Positions 29,650 to 40,761 of a stretch of DNA of 64,000 bases are shown one piece after another. Position numbers and translations under genes: made by a program. The notes beneath the pieces were generated by a model. It saw only the letters and a list, made by a program, of their open reading frames with translations, was not told where the DNA came from and did no database searches. The stretch's first letter is position 1; the number at the start of each line of letters is the position of its first letter. The DNA is from Epithemia pelagica (taxonomy: Eukaryota; Protista; Bacillariophyta). The stretch covers positions 3,720,001 to 3,784,000 of the forward strand of contig OX337234.1 of the NCBI GenBank assembly GCA_946965045.2, written 5' to 3'.

Positions 29650-30766
29650 TGAGATCTCGAAAACAGGCCGTCGTCTGGATCAATCCTTTCTCGTCACTCT
29701 GCTCTGAGGATTTACAAAATGTCTCCCTCTGTTTTGTTAGATTCGACAATCGACAATGCCTCACACTCACAGACCAAACTACTTAGAATGTAGAATGAGA
29801 ACTGTAATAGAATGCGGTTCGCGCAAAAGCATTTTCTCTCTAAGCGCAAAAACGGGACAGAGGGCGACGTCGTCGACATTGGTAAACTGCATAATCTATT
29901 AGGTGTAGAGTGTTGATATGGTAGATTCTGTAGAAGCTGTTGCGCCCGCTATGGTTCGAGTTGGGACTTTTCTGAGCTTCGAGATTTGAGCCCATGTTCC
30001 TTGCGTACGATGACGAATGACGACCTCCTCTCTAGAGCATAACTCTAGGAGATAGGAGAAAGATGATACCAGTCCCGGACGATGGGTTGTGCTATGGACC
30101 TTGGGCGTGGATCGTTGAACAACCTATCTGAGATACCATCGGACATCGTACTCATATTGACCAAGAACCAAGGAATAATAGGACATAGCACATAGCACAT
30201 AGTACATCATAGATCATAGCTCGTAGCACATCATAGATCATAGCAGACCCAAGTCTGTATAGAGTATGGAGTGTATGGAAGATGGAAGGGCAAAGTAGTA
30301 GTATAAAGATTACGATACAATAAACAATTATTATCATCAATAAATCCCACCTGGGATCTCTCGCTTGCCTGGCCAGAAAATGTCCAGGGACTATCGTACA
30401 TACAATAAACAATATTATGACAGCTTTGCTACTCTACTACGAGTACGAATAGTATTACTAACTACTACTCCCTTCGTCGCACATGACTCAACTACCTAGG
30501 TAGCCCCGACGATCAATGTAGGAGTATAGGAAAGCATTGGAGGCATTGACCATGGAACGAATCCGTGTCCGTGGGATCTAGTTAGACTATTCAATTCTCA
30601 TATGGCTATGCAACCGAAGGGCTGTGTTTCTACCCCTCTTTGTAATGAGTTCCGACTTCCGAACCTTTAAACTGTCTCCAATAGCTAGGGTAAACAACTT
30701 CTGTTAGTGCATTAGGGAACTGGACTAATACATGGTAGTAAAGAGGTGAAGACTTTGGAGCTTCGT

Positions 30767-33700
30767 TTACCAAATGGAGTGATAGTTCGTCGACATGCTG
30801 TTGGCATCATTGTGAATATTTAGGTCCGCTAGTCTTTTTTCTTTTTCGACCGGACCCCATCCCGACATGATCGATAAGCCGCCCTCGGTATTCCCATCAC
30901 CGAGTTGGTCAGCGGACAAAAGGTCATTTGCTACACCAAACAAAAAGTCACCAGGTCCAGAAAGGTTTCCTTCACTAGATGTGTTTCTGAGTCCCATCAA
31001 CAGCGACGTCGGTGGCGGAGTATTCGTCGCCGCATCATGTCCACCTCCCAACGCCTTCGAGGTAGAACCGCTCAACGGAAGATCGCCCCAAAGTGACGAA
31101 CCATGTCCAGTGAATGCGGATGTTAGAGGCTGCGTCATGGCAGCATTGTTGTCGGTGATGTTGTCCATCAGCAAACCGGCGGGTGGTCCACCGGAGAGTG
31201 AAGAAGTATCGTTGTGGGTTGCTCCAATGCCGACTCCGTGGCCAAAGAAACTCGACGATGAAGCCCGATCATTCATATTCGTAAAAGGCACAGAAGAAGA
31301 AGCATTCTCTCCCCCTACATCGGGGAAGATTCTGGAAGGTGAAAAGGAACTTGCACTTTCGCTTGTTCCAGAACCAGCAAACGGACCGGGCTCAGGGGGG
31401 AAGCCAAGGAAACTAGAAGCTGAAGAACCAATGCTACTCGTGCGATCAAAAAGCCACTCGCGTTCCACGGTCATTGAATTTCTTGAAAAGAAGGACAGTC
31501 TACTCTGGTGAGGGTGTTCCTTGTCGTTGCCGTATCCATTCTGCGACATTGGATGTTCGGCTAACGCCGACGAAGCATCAAACGGACCCATCCCCGGTGA
31601 GAGGTGATCGATCGTCATTCCTGCAGGAGCACTGGGGATACCAGCAAGAAGACTACTACCCGGGGTGTCTTGTACTCCCAAGTCCAAATGACCAGCCGCG
31701 GATCCCAGCCCACTTTGTAGAACTGGATATGATTCCGGTATCCCTGGAGGTCGATTGGCATAGGAATGACCCATTCGTTGAGACTGGTGATCATTCGAGC
31801 CTCTGGAAACCGCGTCAAAGGCAGCACTTGCAAAGCCTGGTGGCGGCATTGCTTGTTGTGGTTGTGGTGGCTGAGAATAAGATTGAAGAGGCGGCGGTGC
31901 TGAAAAGGGTTGTTGGGTTAAGGGCAGGCCTTGAAGCAGCATTGTGGAGGGTTGACTGACAATGGTACTGATTGTGGTGGCCCGAGAACTTTCAATTGTG
32001 GATATTGTGGCATCGTCATTCATTGCGTCCGATGAGGCAACCGTGGAGACATCATTACTGTTTCCATGTGCCGTAACCATGGTCGTGGGAACAGAGGATG
32101 CGGCGCTGTGGCTCGCTGTGGCCACGGAGGATGTGGCTGGAACGGTCATTGGAGGTGCAGGAGCCACTTTCAAGGCCGTCGGAAGGGGAATGGGACGACT
32201 TGTATTGTGTTTGGGAATGGCCGCTTCTTCTTGTTTCTTGTTCCATTCACGATTGCGCCGTCGTTGTTCCTCCTTTCGTTTGTTGGCGAGCATTTCCTTT
32301 TGTTGAGGATTCAGTTGGGTAGATGAGACGGCTTCCGTCTTTGCTTTGTTGGACCCTGATCCCCGTTCACCAGCCCCTTTCCCGCGTTCCCGAGAGCTTG
32401 AGGTGGAGCTACCATCAAAGGATGAAACAGCGCCGGGGGCCTGTTCTTCCTCCTTGGTAGCCTCGTGAGAACTAACCGTCATTTTCTTACTGCCCGTTGT
32501 GGAATCCTTGGTTTCCTTGTTTTGTGGTGCGACAGAGGTGTCATTGGTTGGATGATCCAACATCCATGCAATCACCGTATCAGGCGTGGCCTTGTCTGGA
32601 CCGCCCAATGCTTGGATTGCTTGTACCACTGGTGCCTGTTCGAATCCCATTCCCATGAGCAATACTGTCAAAGGGTCAGATTCAATAGTGTCCGAGGACG
32701 TAAGGTTGTTTGTGTCCACCGACCCTGGTTTCGTGGTTATTTTCGTGTCAGAATCCGTCCGGTCCAGCTTGCTATCTTGGTCTCCGTGATTGGATTTCAC
32801 AGACATGTCCTCCGCCGTCTTCTTCTCAGCAGGAGTTTGGTGGGACGACACACTGGTACTTGATGGTTCGACGCTCTGGTCTTCTGGAGTAGCCGTGGCA
32901 GTTGCGTCATTGTTGTTAGTGTTGCTGCTGCTGTGGTTTTTCTTTTTCTTGTTTCGTGCCCGCTTCTTTTTCGAAGTCGTCGTTGTCGTTGCCGTGTTGG
33001 TCCCTTGTTGTTGTTCTTGTTCAGCACACGCATTGGATGACTGTTGTTCCAGAGGTTTGGTCGAGGTTTCCTCGTTGCTGTTGGTTCCCTTTTTGTGTTT
33101 GGTTTTCGTCGTGCCACTGGTACTGGGTTGTTGTTGTTGTTGTGGTTTGCTCGCGGCCGCGGCGGATTCCGAGGCAGTCGTCGTCGTGCTATTCGGATTG
33201 CTCCACAAGGCTTGTGTGGCCGCCTGTTGAACGGCCCGTTCAAATTCCACATGAGCCGCTTCCGACAAGGGACGGCGTGGAGATTGATGGGTCGTCGTGA
33301 CGTGTTCCAAGCGTTCCAGGATCCGAATCCACGCCGTCAAGTACGGTTGCGGACAGGCCTGGACGGTCTTGTCCAAATGTTGCGACCACGCCATGCCATG
33401 GGTTTCCAGGCCCAAGACCACGGCAGAGGATAAAATGGCATGTTGCTGGCTGGTCACGCCCAAGGACGCCTGCTTGTTCTGGGTGGACTGTTTGGACGTT
33501 TTAGTATTCTGTGTGGACATTGTGGTAGAGAGACTGGAGGACGATTGTTGTTGTTGTTGTTGTTGTTGTTTGGAAACGGTATGAATGGCAAACAAGAGTG
33601 CTTGGACGGTCGTGACACCTTGATTGCGATTGGATCGCAACCAGGTTTGATTGTCGGCCGTGGTTTGGGACACACTGGCTCCATATTGCAACAAGAGTTC

Positions 33701-36541
33701 GACGGTACGTAAGGATCCCGCCAAGGCGGCATACAACAAACAGGGCCATCCGGATTCATCACAGGGTCGATTCAAATGAGAAATCATCCAATACTGCGAA
33801 GACGAAGGACTAGTAAGGTTGGTCGCGGTCGAGGACGACAACCGGTCAGTCTCGCTGGCGGAACTGGATGCGTGCTTGACACTTGTCGTCGTAGTAGTAG
33901 AGGCTTGTTGTTGTTGTGCTTGCTGTTGTTGTTGCTGTTGCTGTTGGGCTTGTTGGGCTTGCGAGGCAATGGTGGCCAAGGCTTGTAAAATGGCTCGTAC
34001 AGTGGCGACATCGCCCAACCAACAGGCGGTATGCAAGGGCGATCGTCCCGTTCGGGTATCGGGTTGAAACCACCACAGGGGATGAACCGTGGCCAACAAG
34101 AATTGCAACAAGACATGACGCGGCAAGGAACTCAACAACCAATTATTGTTGGTATTGTGGGTCGCATTGGTATTGGATAAGGAGGGCGGTGCCACGACGG
34201 AATAGAGAGGAATGCGTTGTTTGGGCAAGGCTTGGACAAAGAGAGGTCGCCATTGCGTCCAAGGATCCGTGGCTTGCAAGGGACATTGCAACAAGAGCTT
34301 TTTCAAGGCATCTACGACCAAGGCACAATTGGTACTGGCACGGTCATCCTCATCCTCTTCTTGTTTGTCTTTGTCTTGTTTGGAAGTCTTGGAGGCAGCG
34401 TCCTTGTGGTTGGATTCATTGCTGCTATTGTTGTTGTTGTTGTTGTTATAAAACATGGTTTGACACAGGGCTGCCACTTGATTGCGCCACGTGGCAATTC
34501 GTTTGGCCCGTTGTTTGGCCGATTCCTTGACGACCAATGGCGGTTGTGGGGATTGGGATTGCGATTGGCCTTCCCGTGTTGTTTTGGTTGTGTGATTGCT
34601 GCTGCTGGTGACGGGTTGGACCGTTTGAATGGGTTGGGAGGAGGAGGATGTCGCGGAACGTGTGGTTGTAGTTGTCGTAGAAGAAGAAGAAGAAGTTCGT
34701 GTCGTATTCGTTGTGGTCGTGGAAGAGTTGCTTGGTTCTTGTTGTTGAGCAGCCGCGGCTGCCGCCAGGGCCGCAGCGGCGGCCCCGGCACTTCCACTGG
34801 CAGTGGGATAAAAGTAGACATTTTCATCGTTGTCCTGTTCATTGTGGTGGTGGTCGTCATCGTCCGCAGAACCATGGCCCGCTGCGGCCGCGGCAGCCAT
34901 GGTCAAGGCGGCCTTGCGCGCTCGATCTTCTTGTTCCAAGGCATCTTCCATGGCTTGTCGTTCCAAGGTGGACCAATCGGGGACGGCAATGCCACAAAAG
35001 ATTCGATTGTTGTTATTGTTATTGTTGGTCGAACTGCCACTCGAGTCGGCCGCACGACGAGCCGGATCAAAGGAATAATTGCCTGGATCGGGCAAGCGAG
35101 AGACGGGTCGTGTTGTGGGTGTTGTCGTAGTGGTGGTGGTTGCGGTGGTGTGGACCGACGAGAGTTCCTGGGAACCACTGGATAATGATGACGATTGCTG
35201 TTGTTCCTTCCACCGTTGTCGTTCCACCAATGGAATTTCTTCCAGCGGTGGTGGTACCACATCGGCCGATTGTTCCTCCATGACCAACAACAAGTCCTGG
35301 TCGTTATTCTCATGAGAGGGATCCAAGCCATAATCAAAGCCTTGGTGGTTGGGTCCAGCGTCCCCCGATCCATACACCGATGTCGTCGTCGTCGTCGTCG
35401 TTGACCAGACTCCCCAGGCATCGTGCGAGACAGTGGATGGCATGGAGGACGAGTTGGACGATGAAGACGATGCGGCAGCCGCTGCAGCTGCTGCGGCCAA
35501 GAGATTGTTGTGAATGAATTCGGGCAAGGACGGAGCCGTATGGTTATTTGGGTTGTGATTGTGGTGATTGTTGTGCAAGGATTGTTGTTGTTGTTGCTGT
35601 TGTTGCTGCTTGTCTCGTTTGTTGCGTTTCTTGGGATTACCGGTCCACGGTTTTGTTGTCGTGGTAGTACTCTGTGGTGCGGCTTTGCCCTTTTTGCTGG
35701 TCCGTGATTCGTGGTCGTCCTGGTTGTTGTTGGGTTTCCGAGAAGGGTCTTCCTCCTGTTTCTTCTTTTGGTTGGCATCAGTTGGAACAACAGAAGGGGC
35801 TGGTTGTTCTTCTTTTTCCTCCTCCGACAAGCGCGGCGGTCCATACTGCAAGGCCAAGAGCAATTGTTCCGGAGAGGCCTGATCCACAGAATTGGTGGTG
35901 TGTTTGTGGTGGGTCGTTGTAGCAGTTGCGGATTCCGAAAAAGTATCATCATTCTTGGATTGGGTTATTGTGGAAGGATGATCCGTCGTGGTGATCCACA
36001 ATTGTTGGGCTTGGTGAAGGGCTTGGAATGTGGTGTCGTGTTTGTCGTCGTCGTCGTTGTGTGCTGGATTCCAATCACTCCACCAGGGACACTGTTGGGG
36101 TGGCAGGGGTGGCGTGGCCTGCAATTGTTCCGTGTCGAGGGGCAAGCCCATGAGTTCGACAAACATGCTCATTAAGGACTTCATTTCCTTTTCCGTACAG
36201 GGCGGTGGTGGCAAGGTCCTGTTATTGTTGTTGTTGGTAGTATTGGTGTTGTTGGTCGTGGTCGTCGTCCCGGTGCTGCTGGATCGGGGGGCCGTGTTGC
36301 TGCTGGACCAAGACGAGGAACGAGGCATGGTGGTCGTATTAGTCGTAGTAGCAGTATGACTCGAATGGCTTTGGTAGGTGGCTGCGGCCAACCAATTCCA
36401 ATATTCGGCGGCTTGGTCGGCCGTCCAGCCTGGATCGTGGACCAGCAGTGTATTGGTGGTATGGTTGTTGCTGCTTGTAGTAGTACTTTGAGGTTTGGAA
36501 GAATTGTGGTTGTGGCTGCTGCGTTTGGGTGGATGCCGCAT
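30767..36541 (-). CDS. Large low-complexity protein with ankyrin repeats and a UBA-like domain
   Basis: GRSPLHTACWLGDVATVRAIL and GWPCLLYAALAGSLRTVELLLQYGA (ankyrin); LMGMGFEQAPVVQAIQALGG...VIAWMLDH (UBA). Likely start MRHPP at 36541. Confidence 0.85.
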   Translation of the reverse strand: MRHPPKRSSHNHNSSKPQSTTTSSNNHTTNTLLVHDPGWTADQAAEYWNWLAAATYQSHSSHTATTTNTTTMPRSSSWSSSNTAPRSSSTGTTTTTNNTNTTNNNNNRTLPPPPCTEKEMKSLMSMFVELMGLPLDTEQLQATPPLPPQQCPWWSDWNPAHNDDDDKHDTTFQALHQAQQLWITTTDHPSTITQSKNDDTFSESATATTTHHKHTTNSVDQASPEQLLLALQYGPPRLSEEEKEEQPAPSVVPTDANQKKKQEEDPSRKPNNNQDDHESRTSKKGKAAPQSTTTTTKPWTGNPKKRNKRDKQQQQQQQQQSLHNNHHNHNPNNHTAPSLPEFIHNNLLAAAAAAAAASSSSSNSSSMPSTVSHDAWGVWSTTTTTTTSVYGSGDAGPNHQGFDYGLDPSHENNDQDLLLVMEEQSADVVPPPLEEIPLVERQRWKEQQQSSSLSSGSQELSSVHTTATTTTTTTPTTRPVSRLPDPGNYSFDPARRAADSSGSSTNNNNNNNRIFCGIAVPDWSTLERQAMEDALEQEDRARKAALTMAAAAAAGHGSADDDDHHHNEQDNDENVYFYPTASGSAGAAAAALAAAAAAQQQEPSNSSTTTTNTTRTSSSSSTTTTTTRSATSSSSQPIQTVQPVTSSSNHTTKTTREGQSQSQSPQPPLVVKESAKQRAKRIATWRNQVAALCQTMFYNNNNNNNSSNESNHKDAASKTSKQDKDKQEEDEDDRASTNCALVVDALKKLLLQCPLQATDPWTQWRPLFVQALPKQRIPLYSVVAPPSLSNTNATHNTNNNWLLSSLPRHVLLQFLLATVHPLWWFQPDTRTGRSPLHTACWLGDVATVRAILQALATIASQAQQAQQQQQQQQQAQQQQASTTTTTSVKHASSSASETDRLSSSTATNLTSPSSSQYWMISHLNRPCDESGWPCLLYAALAGSLRTVELLLQYGASVSQTTADNQTWLRSNRNQGVTTVQALLFAIHTVSKQQQQQQQQSSSSLSTTMSTQNTKTSKQSTQNKQASLGVTSQQHAILSSAVVLGLETHGMAWSQHLDKTVQACPQPYLTAWIRILERLEHVTTTHQSPRRPLSEAAHVEFERAVQQAATQALWSNPNSTTTTASESAAAASKPQQQQQPSTSGTTKTKHKKGTNSNEETSTKPLEQQSSNACAEQEQQQGTNTATTTTTSKKKRARNKKKKNHSSSNTNNNDATATATPEDQSVEPSSTSVSSHQTPAEKKTAEDMSVKSNHGDQDSKLDRTDSDTKITTKPGSVDTNNLTSSDTIESDPLTVLLMGMGFEQAPVVQAIQALGGPDKATPDTVIAWMLDHPTNDTSVAPQNKETKDSTTGSKKMTVSSHEATKEEEQAPGAVSSFDGSSTSSSRERGKGAGERGSGSNKAKTEAVSSTQLNPQQKEMLANKRKEEQRRRNREWNKKQEEAAIPKHNTSRPIPLPTALKVAPAPPMTVPATSSVATASHSAASSVPTTMVTAHGNSNDVSTVASSDAMNDDATISTIESSRATTISTIVSQPSTMLLQGLPLTQQPFSAPPPLQSYSQPPQPQQAMPPPGFASAAFDAVSRGSNDHQSQRMGHSYANRPPGIPESYPVLQSGLGSAAGHLDLGVQDTPGSSLLAGIPSAPAGMTIDHLSPGMGPFDASSALAEHPMSQNGYGNDKEHPHQSRLSFFSRNSMTVEREWLFDRTSSIGSSASSFLGFPPEPGPFAGSGTSESASSFSPSRIFPDVGGENASSSVPFTNMNDRASSSSFFGHGVGIGATHNDTSSLSGGPPAGLLMDNITDNNAAMTQPLTSAFTGHGSSLWGDLPLSGSTSKALGGGHDAATNTPPPTSLLMGLRNTSSEGNLSGPGDFLFGVANDLLSADQLGDGNTEGGLSIMSGWGPVEKEKRLADLNIHNDANSMSTNYHSIW

Positions 36542-37279
36542 ACTTGCTTGTTTCGTTCTTTTGTTCGTTGCGCGGATGGAGTTTGGTGGTTCCAATCCAA
36601 ACGAGTGAGTGAGTGTGAATCGAGAGACGCGCTCGAATCGAATCGAACCAAAACGGTTTCCACAACACAAACCCAACGAGAGAGAGAACCTCAAACCCAA
36701 CTGTGGAATGTAGGTGCGACAACCAACCCAAAAACCGTAGTGTGGTGTTCCAGCTCCACAACGCGCCTGGAAACTCGCAATTTCTCCTGGCGCTCGTTCT
36801 ATCAATCGAGATGTGTAGAGAGATACACGGCTCTCGGTTGTGGTGATTGTGTGTGTCGACACGAGAGACGAGGATGATTGTCTCGTTCTCTCTCTGTTGT
36901 TGTCGTTGTCAAAACCCAAGAGGCACTCTGTCGTCCCACACAAAAGGTGGCAGACTTTTTGTCTGGCCGTCGATCGACCGAACTGGTTTTCGGGGTCTGG
37001 CCGTCTGGCATCTGTTTCCGGGAATCGTGGGGGAATCGAGTCCTGCGCGCGTGCCGGTCAAAAGGTTCGACGGTGGGCCGTTGGAAAACGCATCCTACGC
37101 CATGTTTGCAGCGTGTTGCAAACCTGCTCCGGCACGATAGGGCCTATTCGAGAGAGAGAGAAAACGAGAGGCCAAGATTCTCCCATCCAAGCAAGAGTCT
37201 CATAAAAACAACCAACAACAACAACCACAACAACCACAACCCCAACACAACAAACACAACGATAACAAAATCCAACAAG

Positions 37280-37729
37280 ATGGTGCGCATGATTGAAAGT
37301 ATGTCCCAATATCAAGAGCTCGTCGAGCTGTCCAAAACCAAATTGGTCGTGGTCGATTTCACCGCCAGTTGGTACGTCTATAGTGTAGAGTGTTGTGACA
37401 GTGTCATTTGTGTTGGGTGTCGACCGAGTCTCATATTCGTCTTGTTCTTGTTCTTGTCCTTGTCCTTCTTTTCTATATATATATATATATATATGTACAT
37501 CAGGTGCGGCCCCTGTCGTTACATTTCGCCCCTGTTTGAGCAAATGGCGGAGGAATTTAGTCAAGCCGAATTGGTCAAGGTGGACGTGGATCAAGCCGAC
37601 GATGTCGCCGCCCATTGCGGCATTCGGGCCATGCCGACATTTTTATTCTTGAAGGACGGCGCCAAGGTTCATGAAGTCATGGGCGCGGATCAAGTCAAAT
37701 TGCGCGAAGCTATCATGAAATTCATGTAA
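37280..37729 (+). CDS. TRX: Thioredoxin (two exons: 37280-37371 and 37504-37729)
   Basis: Splicing GTACGT...CAG rebuilds VVVDFTASWCGPC; downstream KVDVD and AMPTF motifs. Confidence 0.95.
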   Translation: MVRMIESMSQYQELVELSKTKLVVVDFTASWYVYSVECCDSVICVGCRPSLIFVLFLFLSLSFFSIYIYIYMYIRCGPCRYISPLFEQMAEEFSQAELVKVDVDQADDVAAHCGIRAMPTFLFLKDGAKVHEVMGADQVKLREAIMKFM

Positions 37730-38073
37730 GACCACAGACCAGGAGTTTACGTTTCACAAATCGATATACGACCGGACAAAGGGGGAACATTTCACCTCTC
37801 GATAGTATTCGTTCGAAAGGAGGGAACGCTGCTCTACTACGATTCTTCTTCTTCTTATTATTATTATTATTATTAATATGTAAGACGATCCATTCGACGA
37901 AACGACCATCACTCTCTCCATAGACCATGTTTTGTGTGTGCGTGTTGTCGTATTCGAGTGACACGACTGGGTCTCGTAGACTTTTGTCGAGTCGCAGTCT
38001 CGATCGTGTCCATGGTTTATTGTGGAGTGTGCCATCGGGAAAGGACGGACGGGGGCAGTCTCTCTATACCTCA

Positions 38074-38076
<3 letters not shown>

Positions 38077-38133
<57 letters not shown>
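38077..38133. repeat. (TC)n microsatellite
   Basis: Directly visible. Confidence 0.97.
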
Positions 38134-38139
<6 letters not shown>

Positions 38140-38345
38140 ACTACACAAAATTAGGTGTCGTCCGGAATGGGTGTGAGAGAGTATAGGAGGACCCTTCACG
38201 AATACTATACTACGAGCGGTATGAGGGCCATCCTTTGCACCATCCAAATGCCACAACTATAGAAATATCTTAAATACTCTAGAGGATTCGACGGATTCCC
38301 TGGACTTTTGCGAAACGCTATCTATAGACAAGAAGAATTTCCGTG

Positions 38346-40241
38346 TCATGAGTTTTTCTTCTTCTTGTTGTTTGTTGCGTTGGTTCCATCCTCCTCGTCG
38401 TCCTTCTTGCTCTCGTCGGCGTTGGCCGCTGGTGCCAAGAGATCGGCCGCTTCCTGGGGTCGCAACCACGACAAGACTTGATTCGGATACCCATTTTGCA
38501 AATCGCGTGCCGGAAAGGGCCGTTTCGTCGGTGGTTGCACCTGCACCAATTCCAAAATGGATCCATCGTGACAGGTCGCATACAAGCCGTCGCGTTTCTT
38601 GTGGGGGCCCAATCGCAGCACACGATCATTCTCCGTAGTACTGTCCCCCTCTTGGGGATTGGATCCCTCGGAGACGACGCGTGCCTGAATAATCTTGACC
38701 TTAAGAATCAAGGGCTTACTGGCTGTCGTTGATGTGGTCGAAGTGCTTGCGTCCTCCTCCTCATTGCTTTGTGCTGGCGTGACTTGAATCCACACATGAA
38801 CACCGGGCCATTCCAACAAGCCGCGCCACAAATTCAAGCCTTGTCGAGCCGTCAAGACGGCCAAATCCAAGTCGCCTTCGGATTGATTGGGTTGATTCAC
38901 GTGCCGAATCAGTGGGGCGGCCGTGACGTGTGCTTCATCTTGCACTTGAGCTGTATCTTGAGTCATTTGGCCCGTCCAAATGCCGGGCAAGGCTTGCAAC
39001 AACAATTGTGTGCCAAGGGCAAACAAGCGGGGCAAGACCGTCGTGGTGGTATCGGTATCGTCGTCAATCGATTGCGCTTGTTGGGCGACAATGGGACCGG
39101 CATCCATTTTCGACACGGTATACAAGACACTGACACCGACGGGATTGTCGCCGGCTTGCAAGGATCGTTGCACCGGCGAGGCGCCCCGCCACTGGGGCAA
39201 CAAACTGGGATGAATATTGACCGTGCCCAACCGCGGCGTGGCCAAGAATTTCTTGGGGAGATATTGCCCATAGGCGGCCGTGACACACAAGTCGGGTTGC
39301 AATTTGTTGGGCAAACTGCTCGTGAGAAAGTCGGCATCCTTGGACAGTTTTTCGGGGGTGTAAAGGGGCAGATTGAGGGATTCTGCGACTTTCGCCACGG
39401 GCGTCGGTTCGACTTTTTTGCGACGACGCTTGGCTGGTTGCGTCACGACCCCGACAATTTCAAAGGATGGCGTCGTGCTGGATTCTGGTTGTTGGGAGGC
39501 CACCGAGGCTTCGTGTAGAGTTTGCAAGGTGGTGGCCGCCACTTGGGGCGTGCCCAAAAAGACGAGACGAAAGGGACGTGATGATGGTGATGTGGTTGGA
39601 TCGTCGCCTTTGTCCTGCTGTGATGGTTGCGGCTGATTTTCGTTGTTCGGCGTGACGGGTGTGGCAAAGTACCATCGTTTGGCTTGTGCTGCTGATGGTG
39701 GTGATTCTTGTGGATTGTTGTTGTTGTTGTTGTTGGAATCACTGGCTCCATTGACCTGGGCGAATAACGAGATGGAGCTGCTGGGAAGAGTGGTGCTTGG
39801 AGTCTTTGTCCTTGTCGCCCGTATTGTTTGGTGTGCCCCAAAGCTGCGGTTCATGGTCCTGGAGGCTGTCGTCGAAGAAAATGACGAAAAGGCTTGAACG
39901 AACCAGACCGAAGAACATGTCGTCGTTGTCGTCCTCGTCATTCTGGAACCCCCCAACCACCCTGGAACGGTCCTTGTGGTCGTCGTTCGTTTCACAGACT
40001 CTACCAACGAACCACGTCCGACCGCCATGGTCGTGCTCGTCGTCGTTGCTGCCAAGGCCGTCATGAGGAGGAGAATGATCACCCACACAACTTCTACGAC
40101 CGTTCGACCGTGTTGTTGTGGTGGTTCTGGTCGTGGCGTGGCCTTCTTGGAATTGGAACTGGACGTTGTTGTGGGGCTAAAGGATGGCCCAAACAAAGAA
40201 GGATGAGAATGGCGATGATATAGTCGTAGTAGGGAAATCAT
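38346..40241 (-). CDS. fmt: Methionyl-tRNA formyltransferase, organelle-targeted (start codon uncertain)
   Basis: RLVFLGTPQVA, VVTQPAK, AAYGQYLP, NIHPSLLPQWRGASPVQ, MDAGPI. The long N-extension contains VQAF, resembling the diatom plastid ASAF cleavage motif. Confidence 0.93.
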   Translation of the reverse strand: MISLLRLYHRHSHPSLFGPSFSPTTTSSSNSKKATPRPEPPQQHGRTVVEVVWVIILLLMTALAATTTSTTMAVGRGSLVESVKRTTTTRTVPGWLGGSRMTRTTTTTCSSVWFVQAFSSFSSTTASRTMNRSFGAHQTIRATRTKTPSTTLPSSSISLFAQVNGASDSNNNNNNNPQESPPSAAQAKRWYFATPVTPNNENQPQPSQQDKGDDPTTSPSSRPFRLVFLGTPQVAATTLQTLHEASVASQQPESSTTPSFEIVGVVTQPAKRRRKKVEPTPVAKVAESLNLPLYTPEKLSKDADFLTSSLPNKLQPDLCVTAAYGQYLPKKFLATPRLGTVNIHPSLLPQWRGASPVQRSLQAGDNPVGVSVLYTVSKMDAGPIVAQQAQSIDDDTDTTTTVLPRLFALGTQLLLQALPGIWTGQMTQDTAQVQDEAHVTAAPLIRHVNQPNQSEGDLDLAVLTARQGLNLWRGLLEWPGVHVWIQVTPAQSNEEEDASTSTTSTTASKPLILKVKIIQARVVSEGSNPQEGDSTTENDRVLRLGPHKKRDGLYATCHDGSILELVQVQPPTKRPFPARDLQNGYPNQVLSWLRPQEAADLLAPAANADESKKDDEEDGTNATNNKKKKNS

Positions 40242-40761
40242 GTAGAGAATTGAACCGTAACAACACTAGCCAGCATCACCACCACACACCACAGTCCAGA
40301 GGCAACCACCCAAACGAAAAAGGCAAGAGAAAGGCAAGAGAGAGAGAGAGACTGGAGAGCTGGTGCTATTCCAGAGACAACAACCAACAACAACGAAAAA
40401 ATGAGAGGCTCTGCGAGCATCGACTGCGAGGATGGCATGTCACACAGAGTTTCCGCGACCTATTATAGTGCGACCCATTCTGGTCGACGTCGGAATTCCT
40501 TATCCTATGTGGGGCCCGAAAAAGCGGTTCGTCTATGTGGCCCCTTGTCACAAGCGGGCTGTCCCCCCGCTCCATGATTCCGAGTGTCATGGCGTCAGGG
40601 CAGTCGGTCGGCGTCACGTTGCGACGTGCGTGCGGCAGCTGGAAGAATAGGAAGCTACGGGAAAAATAAGATGTCATGGATATTACTAGATACCTAGACA
40701 AAAGCGCATGGGTTGTTACTAGAGGAAAGCTTCTTATACCATCAATTATGCTATAGGCTCT

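Noticed and set aside
31474-36877. Many overlapping Cys/Val/Leu-rich plus-strand ORFs
   Set aside because: Antisense shadows of the CAA/ACA-rich ankyrin-UBA gene.
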